Positions 12,872 through 23,203 of a stretch of DNA of 64,000 nucleotides are shown here, in pieces (within the stretch, counting starts at the first letter, position 1; each line of letters starts with the position of its first letter). The notes beneath the pieces are model-generated. The model searched no databases. It had not been told where the DNA came from and was given only the letters and a program-made list of their open reading frames with translations. A program made the position numbers and the translations under genes. This stretch comes from Lepidodermella squamata. Its lineage: Eukaryota; Animalia; Gastrotricha. The stretch covers positions 3,038,001 through 3,102,000 of the forward strand of contig JBLDXI010000032.1 of NCBI GenBank assembly GCA_047495785.1, read 5' to 3'.

Positions 12872-13783
12872 ATGATCTTAAATTCCCGGTGTTTGGCCTT
12901 ATTGGCCGCCCTTTTCGCCCTGGTGAATGCTCAGGGCCAGACGGCCCGCGACCCGGCACTTGAGCAGACTATCAACACGTCGATCCGCAGCCAGTACATC
13001 CGTATGGCTCGCTACACGCCGCCGCGCTTCGATCTAATTTCCTATTCAACGCAAAGCAATGACAATGCGTATATTTTCGTCAAGGTTCAAGTTGATGCCA
13101 GTGAGTACGCTCACCTTCGGCTGTTCAGGCCAACAGCTGATCAATCGATTACCCTGCTTGCTTACCAGCGTAACAAGAACCGCGACGACCCCCTGGAGTA
13201 TTTTTCATCGACTTCGGACCGAAATCTGAACCGCCCGCCGGCTCCGGCTCCCGCCCCGGCACCGGTACCAGCACCGGGTCCAGTGATTTTCATCCCGGCC
13301 GATCAAGTTATTCTTGTTCCTGCCCCGGCCCCAACTACTCGCAGGGTGACTCCAAGGGCCACTAGAGCCACAACCAGGGCAACAGTCGCTATCGCCAGGG
13401 CGTTGACTACCAAGGCGGCAACCACCCCGCGACGACCGGCTACAACCACCCAGGTCTTCTATATCGATGCTGACACTGACTCAGCAATTCGCCGGTCAAT
13501 GAGCACCGACGTCCAGATCCAGTACATCCAGATGACTAGGGACGTGCCGGACCAATTCAGCTTGGTCAACTACGCAGTTGTCGACCCCAACCCGGGTTTT
13601 ATTTACATCGCTAAGGTTAAGTTGAACGATGCCGGCAAGTATGTGCACCTGAAAGTTAGAAGGCCTAATGACTTCCCTGTCGGAGGATTAGTTTTGATGA
13701 ACTACCAGCAAAAAAAGAAGGCAACGGACCCGATTGTTGATTTCAATACAAATAGCGACGGCACGAGCCCGATTCGCGGCTAA
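12872..13783 (+). CDS. Secreted two-domain stefin-like protein with Pro/Ala/Thr/Arg linker (shortened duplicate of the next gene)
   Basis: Signal peptide and two stefin-pattern domains; near-identical to 13979-15268 over most of its length. Confidence 0.8.
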   Translation: MILNSRCLALLAALFALVNAQGQTARDPALEQTINTSIRSQYIRMARYTPPRFDLISYSTQSNDNAYIFVKVQVDASEYAHLRLFRPTADQSITLLAYQRNKNRDDPLEYFSSTSDRNLNRPPAPAPAPAPVPAPGPVIFIPADQVILVPAPAPTTRRVTPRATRATTRATVAIARALTTKAATTPRRPATTTQVFYIDADTDSAIRRSMSTDVQIQYIQMTRDVPDQFSLVNYAVVDPNPGFIYIAKVKLNDAGKYVHLKVRRPNDFPVGGLVLMNYQQKKKATDPIVDFNTNSDGTSPIRG

Positions 13784-13978
13784 TACTACTCCGAATCCGA
13801 ACGTTGAATTATTCTTAGCCTTGGTTATCCTAGCATTATTGTTTCCCAACATTGTTACAACTGGACATAAGGCCAAAGTCTCTAGAATATTATCACTTTT
13901 AGCGAATAAGTAGGTATAGCATGAACATGAAAATTATTAGGCTGCATTTTCGAATGTTTCTTATCATTTTTAGGAATA

Positions 13979-15268
13979 ATGATGTTAAATTCCCGGTGTT
14001 TGGCCATATTGGCCGCCCTTTTCGCCCTGGTGAATGCGCAGGGCCAAACGGCCCGCGATCCGGCACTTGAGCAGACTATCAACACGTCGATCCGCAGCCA
14101 GTATATTCGCATGGCTCGCTACACGCCGCCGCGCTTCGATCTAATTTCCTACTCAACGCAAAGCAACGACAACGCGAATATTTTCGTCAAAGTTCAGGTT
14201 GATGCCAGCGAGTACGCGCATCTTCGGTTGTTCAAGCCAACAGCTGATGCTGACCAATCGATCACCCTGCTGGCTTACCAGCGTAACAAGAACCGTGACG
14301 ACCCCCTGGAGTATTTTTCATCGACTTCGGACCGGAATCTGTACCGCCCGCCGACTATGCCTGACATGCCGGTTCCAGCACCAAGACCAGCTCCAGCTCC
14401 AAGACCCGCCCCGGCACCGGTACCAGCACCGGGTCCAGTGATTTTCATCCCGGCCGATCAAGTTATTCTTGTCCCCGCCCCGGCCCAAACTACTCGCAGG
14501 GTGACTCCAAGGGCCACTAGAGCCACAACTAGGGCGACAGTCGCTATCGCCAGGGCACTGACTACCAAGGCGGCAACCACCCCGCGCCGACCGGCTACAA
14601 CCACCCAGGTGTTCTTCATCGACGCAGCCACTGACTCAGCGATTCGCCGGTCGATGAACAGCGATGTTCGAGCCCAGTACATCCAGATGACTAAGGACGT
14701 GCCCGACCTATTCAGCCTGGTCAACTACGCCGTTCTACCCAACCCGGGCAATGTTTACATCGCCAAGGTTAAGTTGAACGATGCCGGCAAGCATGTTCAC
14801 CTGAAAGTTAGGAGGCCTGATGACTTCCCAGTCTCGGGGTTAGTTTTGTTGAACTACCAGCAGAATAAGAAGGCGACAGACCCGGCTGTTGATTTCAACA
14901 CGAATAGCGACGGCATGACCCGTACGACTAGAGGCATAGCCCGAGCCACGGCTGCTACTACAACCCCGAACCCGAATGTTGAGCCACTGGGTCCTCAATC
15001 AGCAGCTGATGCTACCATTCAGAAGTACGTCATGGCAGTTAGGCCGGATTTCGTGAAATGGAACACGGGCCAGCCAGCCCCGAAGTCTTTCGTGGCGGTG
15101 ACGCAGCGGACTCAAACCTCAAACCCGTGGATCAGCTTTGTCAAGGTCCGAACTGACGACTCGTATGCCCACCTTAAAATACTGACGCCGAGCACAGCTA
15201 AGGAATCACCGCAGCTGCTGTCCTTCGACCCGAATAAGAAGTTGTCGGATCCGCTCGAGTTCTTCTAA
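13979..15268 (+). CDS. Secreted three-domain stefin-like protein with Pro/Thr-rich linkers, intronless
   Basis: Signal peptide; three domains ending DPLEYF, DPAVDF, DPLEFF; no QxVxG in any domain. Confidence 0.85.
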   Translation: MMLNSRCLAILAALFALVNAQGQTARDPALEQTINTSIRSQYIRMARYTPPRFDLISYSTQSNDNANIFVKVQVDASEYAHLRLFKPTADADQSITLLAYQRNKNRDDPLEYFSSTSDRNLYRPPTMPDMPVPAPRPAPAPRPAPAPVPAPGPVIFIPADQVILVPAPAQTTRRVTPRATRATTRATVAIARALTTKAATTPRRPATTTQVFFIDAATDSAIRRSMNSDVRAQYIQMTKDVPDLFSLVNYAVLPNPGNVYIAKVKLNDAGKHVHLKVRRPDDFPVSGLVLLNYQQNKKATDPAVDFNTNSDGMTRTTRGIARATAATTTPNPNVEPLGPQSAADATIQKYVMAVRPDFVKWNTGQPAPKSFVAVTQRTQTSNPWISFVKVRTDDSYAHLKILTPSTAKESPQLLSFDPNKKLSDPLEFF

Positions 15269-16315
15269 GCCTTAGAAATCCTAGGAATTACTGTTTCCTG
15301 ACATTGTTAATTGTTAATAAGGCCAAAATGTCTAGAAAATTGTCACTTTTAGCGAATATAAGTATAGCAATCCTGAATTCACGTATATTTTCAACGTGGC
15401 GCTAATTGATTCAATAATAAAATCGTAGTGATGTGAAATTCCTATTTTTATAATGATTCAGCAGCAGATGGCAGATGAAAGTCCAAATAATAAATAATTA
15501 GTGCGAAAATGAATTATCCTCGTTGGTCAAATGCTGTCAATTTATTTAGGAAATTAAAGATTTCTTGCCAACGAAACCATTAAAGCAAGTTTTTGCCATC
15601 ACAGGGGATTCTAATGTATTAAATAAAAGTTGTCCCACTTAATCACGCAAAGATGAATTTTGCTGATGAATAATTTTAGCCATAAGTCATTAAGATATTT
15701 CCAGCTCATTATGACTAAGGGCATTGACTACCCTAGTTTTTTATTTCCTCACTAGGGTAATGTGCCCTAATGTGTCATAATTTCGCTTACTTTTTTTCGC
15801 GGCCCGATATCTACTCACCTGATGGGTCCCGGTCTGATTTTTTTGGACAGGGACCTCGGTTCAGGTCTTGACTTCGATAATCCGTCGAAAAAATTCAACT
15901 CCAATGCCTATTGTGAGCTTGGCAGCAGGTCTTGTTACGCAAGAGACCGATTATGACAGATTAGGAGCCGGCACCTAATTCGTCATAATTTTTCGACCAA
16001 CGGTCCTAACTGTCATAATGGGGTCTAGAGTGATTTTTTTGGCCTGCCGTTTTAGAAATAGGTAAAGCAAGGCCGGCGGATTCGATTTTCATGCTCAATT
16101 CATTCAAAAATTCACGTTTGTCACGTTATTACGACCACCTAAAGCCACCTGCGATTTTTAGTCTGACTACCCTGCACTTCTATGGAAATACTAATGAAAG
16201 TCATGTCAAAAGCCACAATTTTACGAAGCTTTTTCAATTTCCTAATACTAATGCAACTTCGTGGCTAAACAACTTCGATTGGACTGAAGTTTATGTTCGG
16301 CTTTCTTATTGCTAG

Positions 16316-17593
16316 TGTGGCGGTGACGCCACCGCCCTGTTTACTATTTCTAGCAACATAATATGTACGGCGCGTGCTGCTTGGCAGCGCGCGCTCCACC
16401 TGTTTCACAAACTGGCTATAAAAAGCCCAATTTTACATGAAATTATCATCGACCGTTTCGGAGATCATGAATTAGCCTAGCCTTAGCAATAATAAAACCG
16501 CCTAGTTTCTTAGTTTGTCGGGAATTGTTTTTGCCTAAATACAAGTCGGGTCGTCGGTCATGATCCCGTGATCGCGAGAACCCGTCACCGTTACACTGGT
16601 GCATCGGCCGGGAAGTAGTGATCGTGGCAGTCGCTACAACCCGTTGGCCTGGAATCAGGGATTGTGGCAACCCTGTGACCTGTGAACTCCGTCCTCGCTC
16701 GAACGCTTGCCTGGAAACGACAGCCGCCCGTCCGTCTTGACCGCGCTTCCGCCGACACCTCCGTTCCGTTCCGTCCTTCCTTCCGTCCGCTGGTTGCGCC
16801 GTCATCCGCCTCGGTTCAGTCTTTGATGGTCCGTCGACTCCGCCGTCTTCCGTTGCCTGCCTGTCTTCCGGTACCGTCAGGCTGTCTGGCTCGAATTACC
16901 GTCTCGCGTTTCGAACCCGTACTGCCTGTTCTTCGCCTGGCTTTCTGTGTCCGCCGTCTGTTCGATGGAGTCGGTCGTCTACCTGGTTCCAACGGAATCA
17001 ACCGGCGACCTGCGTCCGTGTGGCCCGTCTTGCGCCTCTCCGACCCGTTGTCGACGTGTGCACTCGACCGCCGCCGTTCGCCCGTCAGCACTCTGGTAGT
17101 CTGGTTAGCATCTGCGCCTGTGAAAACCCCGCGTGGCAAACTGTCCGATCAAGCAAGTCCCGACCGACTGGAATCTCTGGCCTTCACCTTTCAACTGCCG
17201 CCGTCAAATACGAACGCTTCCTATTAAGACTATCTGTGATCATTCATTTCCGTGATTCATCTCTTTCACCGTGTAGTAAAATTCTGATAGCTTCCGCTTG
17301 ATTGAGTGGGGGAGAGTGTGGCGGTGACGCCACCGCCCTGTTTACTATTTCTAGCAACATATGTACGGCGCGTGCTGCTTGGCAGCGCGCGCTCCACCTG
17401 TTTCACAAACTGGCTATAAAAAGCCCAATTTTACATGAAATTATCATCGACCGTTTCGGAGATCATGAATTAGCCTAGCCTTAGCAATAATAAAACCGCC
17501 TAGTTTCTTAGTTTGTCGGGAATTGTTTTTGCCTAAATACAAGTCGGGTCGTCGGTCATGATCCCGTGATCGCGAGAACCCGTCACCGTTACA
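16316..17593 (+). mobile_element. TRIM (miniature non-autonomous LTR retrotransposon), 1278 bp, nested in the TIR element
   Basis: LTRs 16316-16595 and 17317-17593, both TG...CA, differing only by a 3-nt indel as far as I can read. 5-bp TSD GCTAG (16311-16315, 17594-17598). PBS follows the 5' LTR; polypurine tract gagtgggggagag precedes the 3' LTR; TATAAAA and AATAAA inside the LTR; no gag/pol. Confidence 0.95.
16597..16614 (+). promoter_or_regulatory. Primer-binding site complementary to the 3' end of tRNA-Gly(GCC)
   Basis: TGGTGCATCGGCCGGGAA is the reverse complement of TTCCCGGCCGATGCA-CCA, the 3' end of invertebrate tRNA-Gly(GCC) as I recall it; 1 nt downstream of the 5' LTR. Confidence 0.85.
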
Positions 17594-18921
17594 GCTAGTT
17601 CGTAATGTATACCACAAGCTGTAAACCCAGTTTTGTACTACGAAACAGGGCTGAATAGATCATCCAAGACGCCTTATTTTGACCTTGAATAGCCTTTTTG
17701 GGCTTTAGAAGTAGTATCGCTGACTAGCCGACGCAGGCTAGATCTCGTTGGTATTATTCAGAATTTACCCCATTGCCTATCACGAAACTAGATGAACCGA
17801 AAATGAAATTTTTCAACCGACAGCACTTGAATCGAAATTTTACAATTTTGATGCGAATTTTCCGTAAATTTTGATAGTGGGTAGCATCAGGGTTCCGTAA
17901 GAGAGGGGCCAGCCGATTGAATGTGAAAATATTTCCACAGACCTATCAATTAGACTCAGATGTATGGAAACCTAGTTGACCAATTTGGTGTCTCATTTAG
18001 CCAATTTTATCGACATGCTAGATTAATGCCGGCCGTTAAATCCAGTCCAATTTAGTCATCAGTGCTCAATAAACGATATACCACGTAGGCTATATAGATG
18101 TTATATGGCTTTGTGCTGATTTACGAATGACTGAACTCTGCTAGAAATCCTGAAAATTTCAATTTTTTCAATTAGGCGTAAAATAAGCATTCGCTCATGT
18201 GACAATCAACAAGGTCCCTAAAAACAGTATGCCAGGGCCATATTTGGAGGTGCTGCTAGAGAAGAAGACCAGGCTGAGTCAGTAACTAGGCCTTATAGGG
18301 CTGGTGGCACGGTATCAAGAACGGAATGGTAAATTTGACATAGATAAACTAGACAGATACAACTTTGACGAATGCTCATGATTTCAACTGGAAATGTAAC
18401 TTCGTGAGCATGAAAATCGAATCCGCCGGCCTTGCTTTACCTATTCCTATAACGGCAGGCCAAAAAAATCACTCTAGACCCCATTATGACAGTTAGGACC
18501 GTTGGTCGAAAAATTATGACGAATTAGGTGCCGGCTCCTAATCTGTCATAATCGGTCTCTTGCGTAACAAGACCTGCTGCCAAGCTCACAATAGGCATTG
18601 GAGTTGAATTTTTTCGACGGATTATCGAAGTCAAGACCTGAACCGAGGTCCCTGTCCAAAAAAATCAGACCGGGACCCATCAGGTGAGTAGATATCGGGC
18701 CGCGAAAAAAAGTAAGCGAAATTATGACACATTAGGGCACATTACCCTACTCATTATTTATAAGGTTCGCTTTTTTCAGCGAAAAAGTTCCGACTAAAGG
18801 TCCAGATGTTGCATGAATTCCGATTGCGTGAGGCATCTCACTTTCCGCCGTTATGCCTACTTAAAACCGGCTCTCGTCCGACTTTTTTAGGCCTAAATTA
18901 TCATTTTTTAATCCAAAAATC

Positions 18922-19372
18922 ATGTTTCGTTCTGCACATTTCGTTGTTTCGGCCTGCTTCGTTGCCGCCTGCTTGATTGTTGGCGGTGAAGCTAATATTT
19001 CCGGCGCCTTCAGCAGCGCGAGACCCGCCTCGGAAGCAGATGCCGACATCCTGGCCGTGCTTCAGGGTCCCATTAAAAAGCAGTTCAGTGAAAAAGCGGG
19101 TCTGAAGGAGGCCGACCTGGCAACATTTGAGCCACTGTACTTCACTGAACAAGTTGTCGCTGGTAGGAACTACAATTTCTTGGTAAAATTGTCAAAAAAT
19201 CACGATTTTTCCCACACACCTGAATTTTTCCAATTAGGTGAAAATCAGCGACGAGGAGTGTGTTCAGATCCGAATCTATAAGCCACTCGGTGGCAGGCCG
19301 GCAGAGCTGTCTACCTTCGAACGCAACGTCGAATGTGAAGTCACTATTCAAGCAGCTGACGACGACGAATAA
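18922..19372 (+). CDS. Secreted single-domain stefin-type cystatin
   Basis: Exons 18922-19182 and 19238-19372; signal peptide, N-terminal GA, QVVAG, then VKISDEECVQIRIYKPL. Confidence 0.9.
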
Positions 19373-19738
19373 AGAGCAAAACTTCCCCAAATCTTTTTGA
19401 ATTTTGGTACCTTAAGATCCTCCCGAATCTTCACCATTCCCTCCATAACCCAATTAGCGAGGCCGAACCTTGAAATAATCCATCGTCCACCGTTCCATTT
19501 TCTGAATATTTGTTGCAATTGCAATAAATCATCAATTACAATTACATATAAATTCTAATCGTTGGAATGGCTTGGCGAGGTTTTTGCTCGCGATTTCGGA
19601 GTGGTCGCGTGACTACGCCCTGATTATTTTTCATTCCGCATGCACCAGATGCTGAGCTCGTGCTGTGTTGAGTTGTTACAATGTTGCAATTTTATTGTCT
19701 TTATTCATCGCAAATTATAAGAATAAGAAAGTTTTGAA

Positions 19739-20296
19739 ATGATCGCCTTCATCGCGCTGATTTTTGGGTCATCGATTTTGGCATCGGGCCAAAGTATGCT
19801 TATTGGCGGACTGGGCGAGCCTAAACCAGCATCCGAAGCTCCGCCCAAGCTTCTGACAGCTTTAAACGAACACATTTTACACCAGTTCAGCGAAAAAGCT
19901 AACATTACGCCCGAGAAATTCGAACTCGTCTCATTTACGACTCAGGTCGTTTCTGGGTTCAACTATTTTGCAAAGGCAAGAATTTACTTGGCGCCGATAG
20001 TACGCCTAATTTTTTATTATTTTTTCCAGGTTAAAATAAGTGACGACGAATACGTTCATCTTCGCATTTACGAGCCGCTGCCTTACACTAAGCAGCCAAT
20101 GGAGCTTCACGCCTATCAACGAGGCCATTTACTCGGCTCGAAAATCAATTACTTCCAAGAAAGCAGTGATTCAGCCCTAACAACGTCGGACACTGCTACT
20201 ACTACTACTACAGCGTCGGAAAATGACGAAAGCGAGGATGAGGAAGATTCCGATGACTCTGAAAACGCTGAATGGGCTAGAATTCGAGAAATATGA
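19739..20296 (+). CDS. Secreted stefin-type cystatin with Thr-rich and acidic C-terminal tail
   Basis: Signal peptide, GG, QVVSG, YVHLRIYEPLP. Probable GC-AG intron 19976-20029 (54 nt) that the ORF track reads through. Tail TTTTTASENDESEDEEDSDDSE. Confidence 0.9.
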   Translation: MIAFIALIFGSSILASGQSMLIGGLGEPKPASEAPPKLLTALNEHILHQFSEKANITPEKFELVSFTTQVVSGFNYFAKARIYLAPIVRLIFYYFFQVKISDDEYVHLRIYEPLPYTKQPMELHAYQRGHLLGSKINYFQESSDSALTTSDTATTTTTASENDESEDEEDSDDSENAEWARIREI

Positions 20297-21559
20297 CTAT
20301 TTAGATTGGCCAGAAAATTTGCTAAAAGTCATTTGATGCCTCAAGTGTTTAAAAATGCCGGTTCCACCGGGCTTAACCCGGATCAATAAAAATCATCAAT
20401 AAAGACGGTGTTGGGCCTATTTTCTACGATCATTTTCCCTTGGTCTGAAACGTGTGAAGTTAAAGGGTGGGAGGAGACGGGAATGCCGGACTAGGGTTTA
20501 TATCGCATATATCAAACGGGCAATTAAAATCTAGGTAGCGTTTCTGTTAAAATTCGGAAAATTAATTGAGACTTTTCTCGTGGAAACACGCTAATTTTCA
20601 TGTGATCTGCACGTGATCGGCCCGTTGAGAAGCCTGCTCGATTCTGGATTAGAATCTCAACTTGGTAAAAATCCCTGAAAAATAACCAAAAACCCCTAAA
20701 AACTGCCCTGAACTTTGACCTCGAAAGCCTCGGACATTTTTAGAGATTTCTGGCTTTGCTTTAGGGTTTTTACTGACTTTGTTCGACGAGGGATTTTTGA
20801 GAAATTTCAAATTAATGGCAGAAATTCGCGGTAAATAATATATAAATTTTCGTTCGGGATCTTATAAGCTGCTGTTGCAAACTAGGTCACTAGAGCCATT
20901 GAAGTAATTTGACCTGAGGCCTCACCTTTGACCGCAGAAGCACCAGATGAATTGAAATAGTGTATTATTTTCAGTAAAAATTAGACAAAAGCTCAGCAGT
21001 GCCCTAGCGGCCGAAATAAAGTGGCCGAAACTAGGACCATGCAGTCTACATCGTCGCGTATTAACATGTAAGATGGAGATAAAAGATCGATCGTCATGTG
21101 ATTTACGTATAGGATTGACGCTCGCGACTTATTAAACCTGGTCGCGTGGCTCGGCTCTATTTATTTTTCATTTCATTACATGTTAACAGTGTAATAGGTT
21201 CCTGAGATTAACAATTTACCCTCGAATTAAATTTATAGCTATTTAATAATAGCATCGGTCGAAATCATCACGTTAAATTTTGCTTACTCCATTTTGGCAT
21301 CTAGCCAAGTAATGGATGGCAACTCGCGAACTCTCACAAAACTTGGAAAGGCTGTTATTATATCAGACATAGGTCTAGCGAAAAATACGCCCGAGCCATT
21401 CAACTTCACGAAAAACTAGCCGATTTTTTTCCGAATTTTGCACCTTTTAATTTAGGTTTTACCCACTGATAAAAAATGTAATTACGTGATGCTTTTGGCC
21501 GCAAAATATTCGAAATGTATTTGTTTCATTTTTGTTTCGATAGGCTGCTAAACCAATTC

Positions 21560-22222
21560 ATGTCTCAACTTATTTTATGCGTCGCTACGTTCGGACTCTT
21601 GATCGGCTTCTCGGCGGCTTTTGGTCTCGGCGGCGGCGGCATGAGACTTGGCGCCGCCGGTGCGGCGAAACCTGCTGAAGAGGCCGACGATGTGCTGAAA
21701 GAAGCCATTGCGACCAGAATTCGCGAACAATACACCATTCGATCTCGCCGACCTCCAAGATGTTTTGATTTGGTGTCGTTTAAAACTCAAATCGTGGCTG
21801 GAACAGTTTATTTTTGTAAGGTGAATATTTCTGTTCCCACTTCCCAATATTTAGAATTAACGAATTTTGTCATCACACCACTAAAAATATATGAATGCGG
21901 CCCAACCACCAAATCAAAAAAATCAAAATTTCAAATTGAAATAAATAAATTGCAATATCCCTTCAAGGTTGTATTTTAAGCATCTTTTGTTCCCAATTTT
22001 TCAAAATTTCGAAGCAATATTCCCATTCAAAATTTAAAAGTCCTCTCACTATTTTGTTCTGAAATTGAATTTGAATTTATTATCAATCAGGTTAAAACTG
22101 GCTCGCGATATTACGCTCACTTACGAGTGTTCGAACCTCTGCCCTATACCGGTCTACCGATGGAGCTGGAAGCTGTTCAGTACAAGAAAAAGTTGGAAGA
22201 TGAAATCGAATACTTCCAATGA
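21560..22222 (+). CDS. Secreted single-domain stefin-type cystatin
   Basis: Exons 21560-21820 and 22091-22222; signal peptide, QIVAG, YAHLRVFEPLPY...DEIEYFQ. Confidence 0.9.
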
Positions 22223-22583
22223 AGACACAGCCAGAAAGAAAATGACTCTATTTTTAATTCTGCCTTGCTTTTTCAATCTAGCGACTTATCATCGCGACTT
22301 CAGTGATATGCGAAACCATGGAATAAACTTAGTACTATAGTTGATTAATTTTTTTTTTCTTTTTATTGCTAATATTTTGCTTTTGAATAAATTACTCATG
22401 AATTCGAAGCCTCGTGAGTTTACTCAGCCCTCATGCTAGAGGATCCACGCGTTTTGCCAACATTTTCGATTTAGTTTGTTCAGCTGCAGTTGACGCTAAT
22501 TAACAACTCGGCAACCGAAAAAAATGACAGATTGAGTCTAAAATCTGGTTGCTTTTAACCTGATACGTTATTTTCTACTAAAA

Positions 22584-23013
22584 ATGATGAAAATTATTTT
22601 TGTTTTCGCTATTTTCATTGTCGCTGCTATAACAGACAATGAAATTAATGCCGGAGGTCTCGGCCCTGAGACCTCGCGCGATCAGCTGCCGGCCGATGTG
22701 ATCGATGAGATCGAACAGGTCATCCTTGAACAGTTCGTCGCCTCAACTGGACAGACCCCGGAAAAATTCCACATCGTCTCGTTCGCCCAACAGGTCGTCG
22801 CCGGCCAAAACTACTTTGTCAAGGTATCAATAAAAAGATTTATTGTTTTTTTGTGATTATATTCTTGAATTTCATAAGGTTGATATTGGCAACGGCGAGT
22901 TCGCTCATCTTCGCGTATACGAGCCTCTGGATGTTACGCAGGCTCTGCAGCTGAGCGGCATCGAACGCGGCAAGAGCGCTAACGATAAGCTGGAATATTT
23001 CGAAAAGCAGTAA
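22584..23013 (+). CDS. Secreted single-domain stefin-type cystatin
   Basis: Exons 22584-22823 and 22879-23013; signal peptide, GG, QVVAG, FAHLRVYEPL...DKLEYF. Confidence 0.92.
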
Positions 23014-23203
23014 AAGGGGAAATGAAAAACAATAAAACAGGTTTCGGGTGTGTTTGATCGGGAAGTAAAATCTATCTCTGCCTGCGCATTATTCATGTGT
23101 CACTTCTTAATTTCCGCCCCAGGATTCTGATATTAATCGAGTTACTACATTTATAATCATTTTTTTTCAAAAATTGAACGCGATTTGAATTTTGGCGAAT
23201 GCG

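Larger units (their letters stand above)
12820..15368 (+). repeat. Recent tandem duplication of a multi-stefin gene unit (~12820-13920 and ~13930-15368)
   Basis: Similarity covers the upstream flank (aaattattaggctg...tttaggaat), the CDS and the 3' flank (ataaggccaaa..tctagaa..t.tcacttttagcgaata). Confidence 0.85.
15753..18749. mobile_element. Non-autonomous DNA transposon with 345-bp terminal inverted repeats
   Basis: 15753-16097 (tagggtaatgtgccc...ttcatgctca) is the reverse complement of 18405-18749, with about 2 mismatches seen. No transposase ORF found. TSD ambiguous (terminal TA, or flanking ctcac/ctcat). Confidence 0.9.

Noticed and set aside
16446-17301. ORFs inside the TRIM (181, 119, 107 and 93 aa)
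   Set aside because: Arg/Pro/Ser-rich products of a GC-rich low-complexity interior; no gag zinc knuckle, protease, RT or integrase motifs.
20460-21450. Possible TTAA-flanked (Kolobok-like) element
   Set aside because: The putative terminal repeats match too poorly to support.
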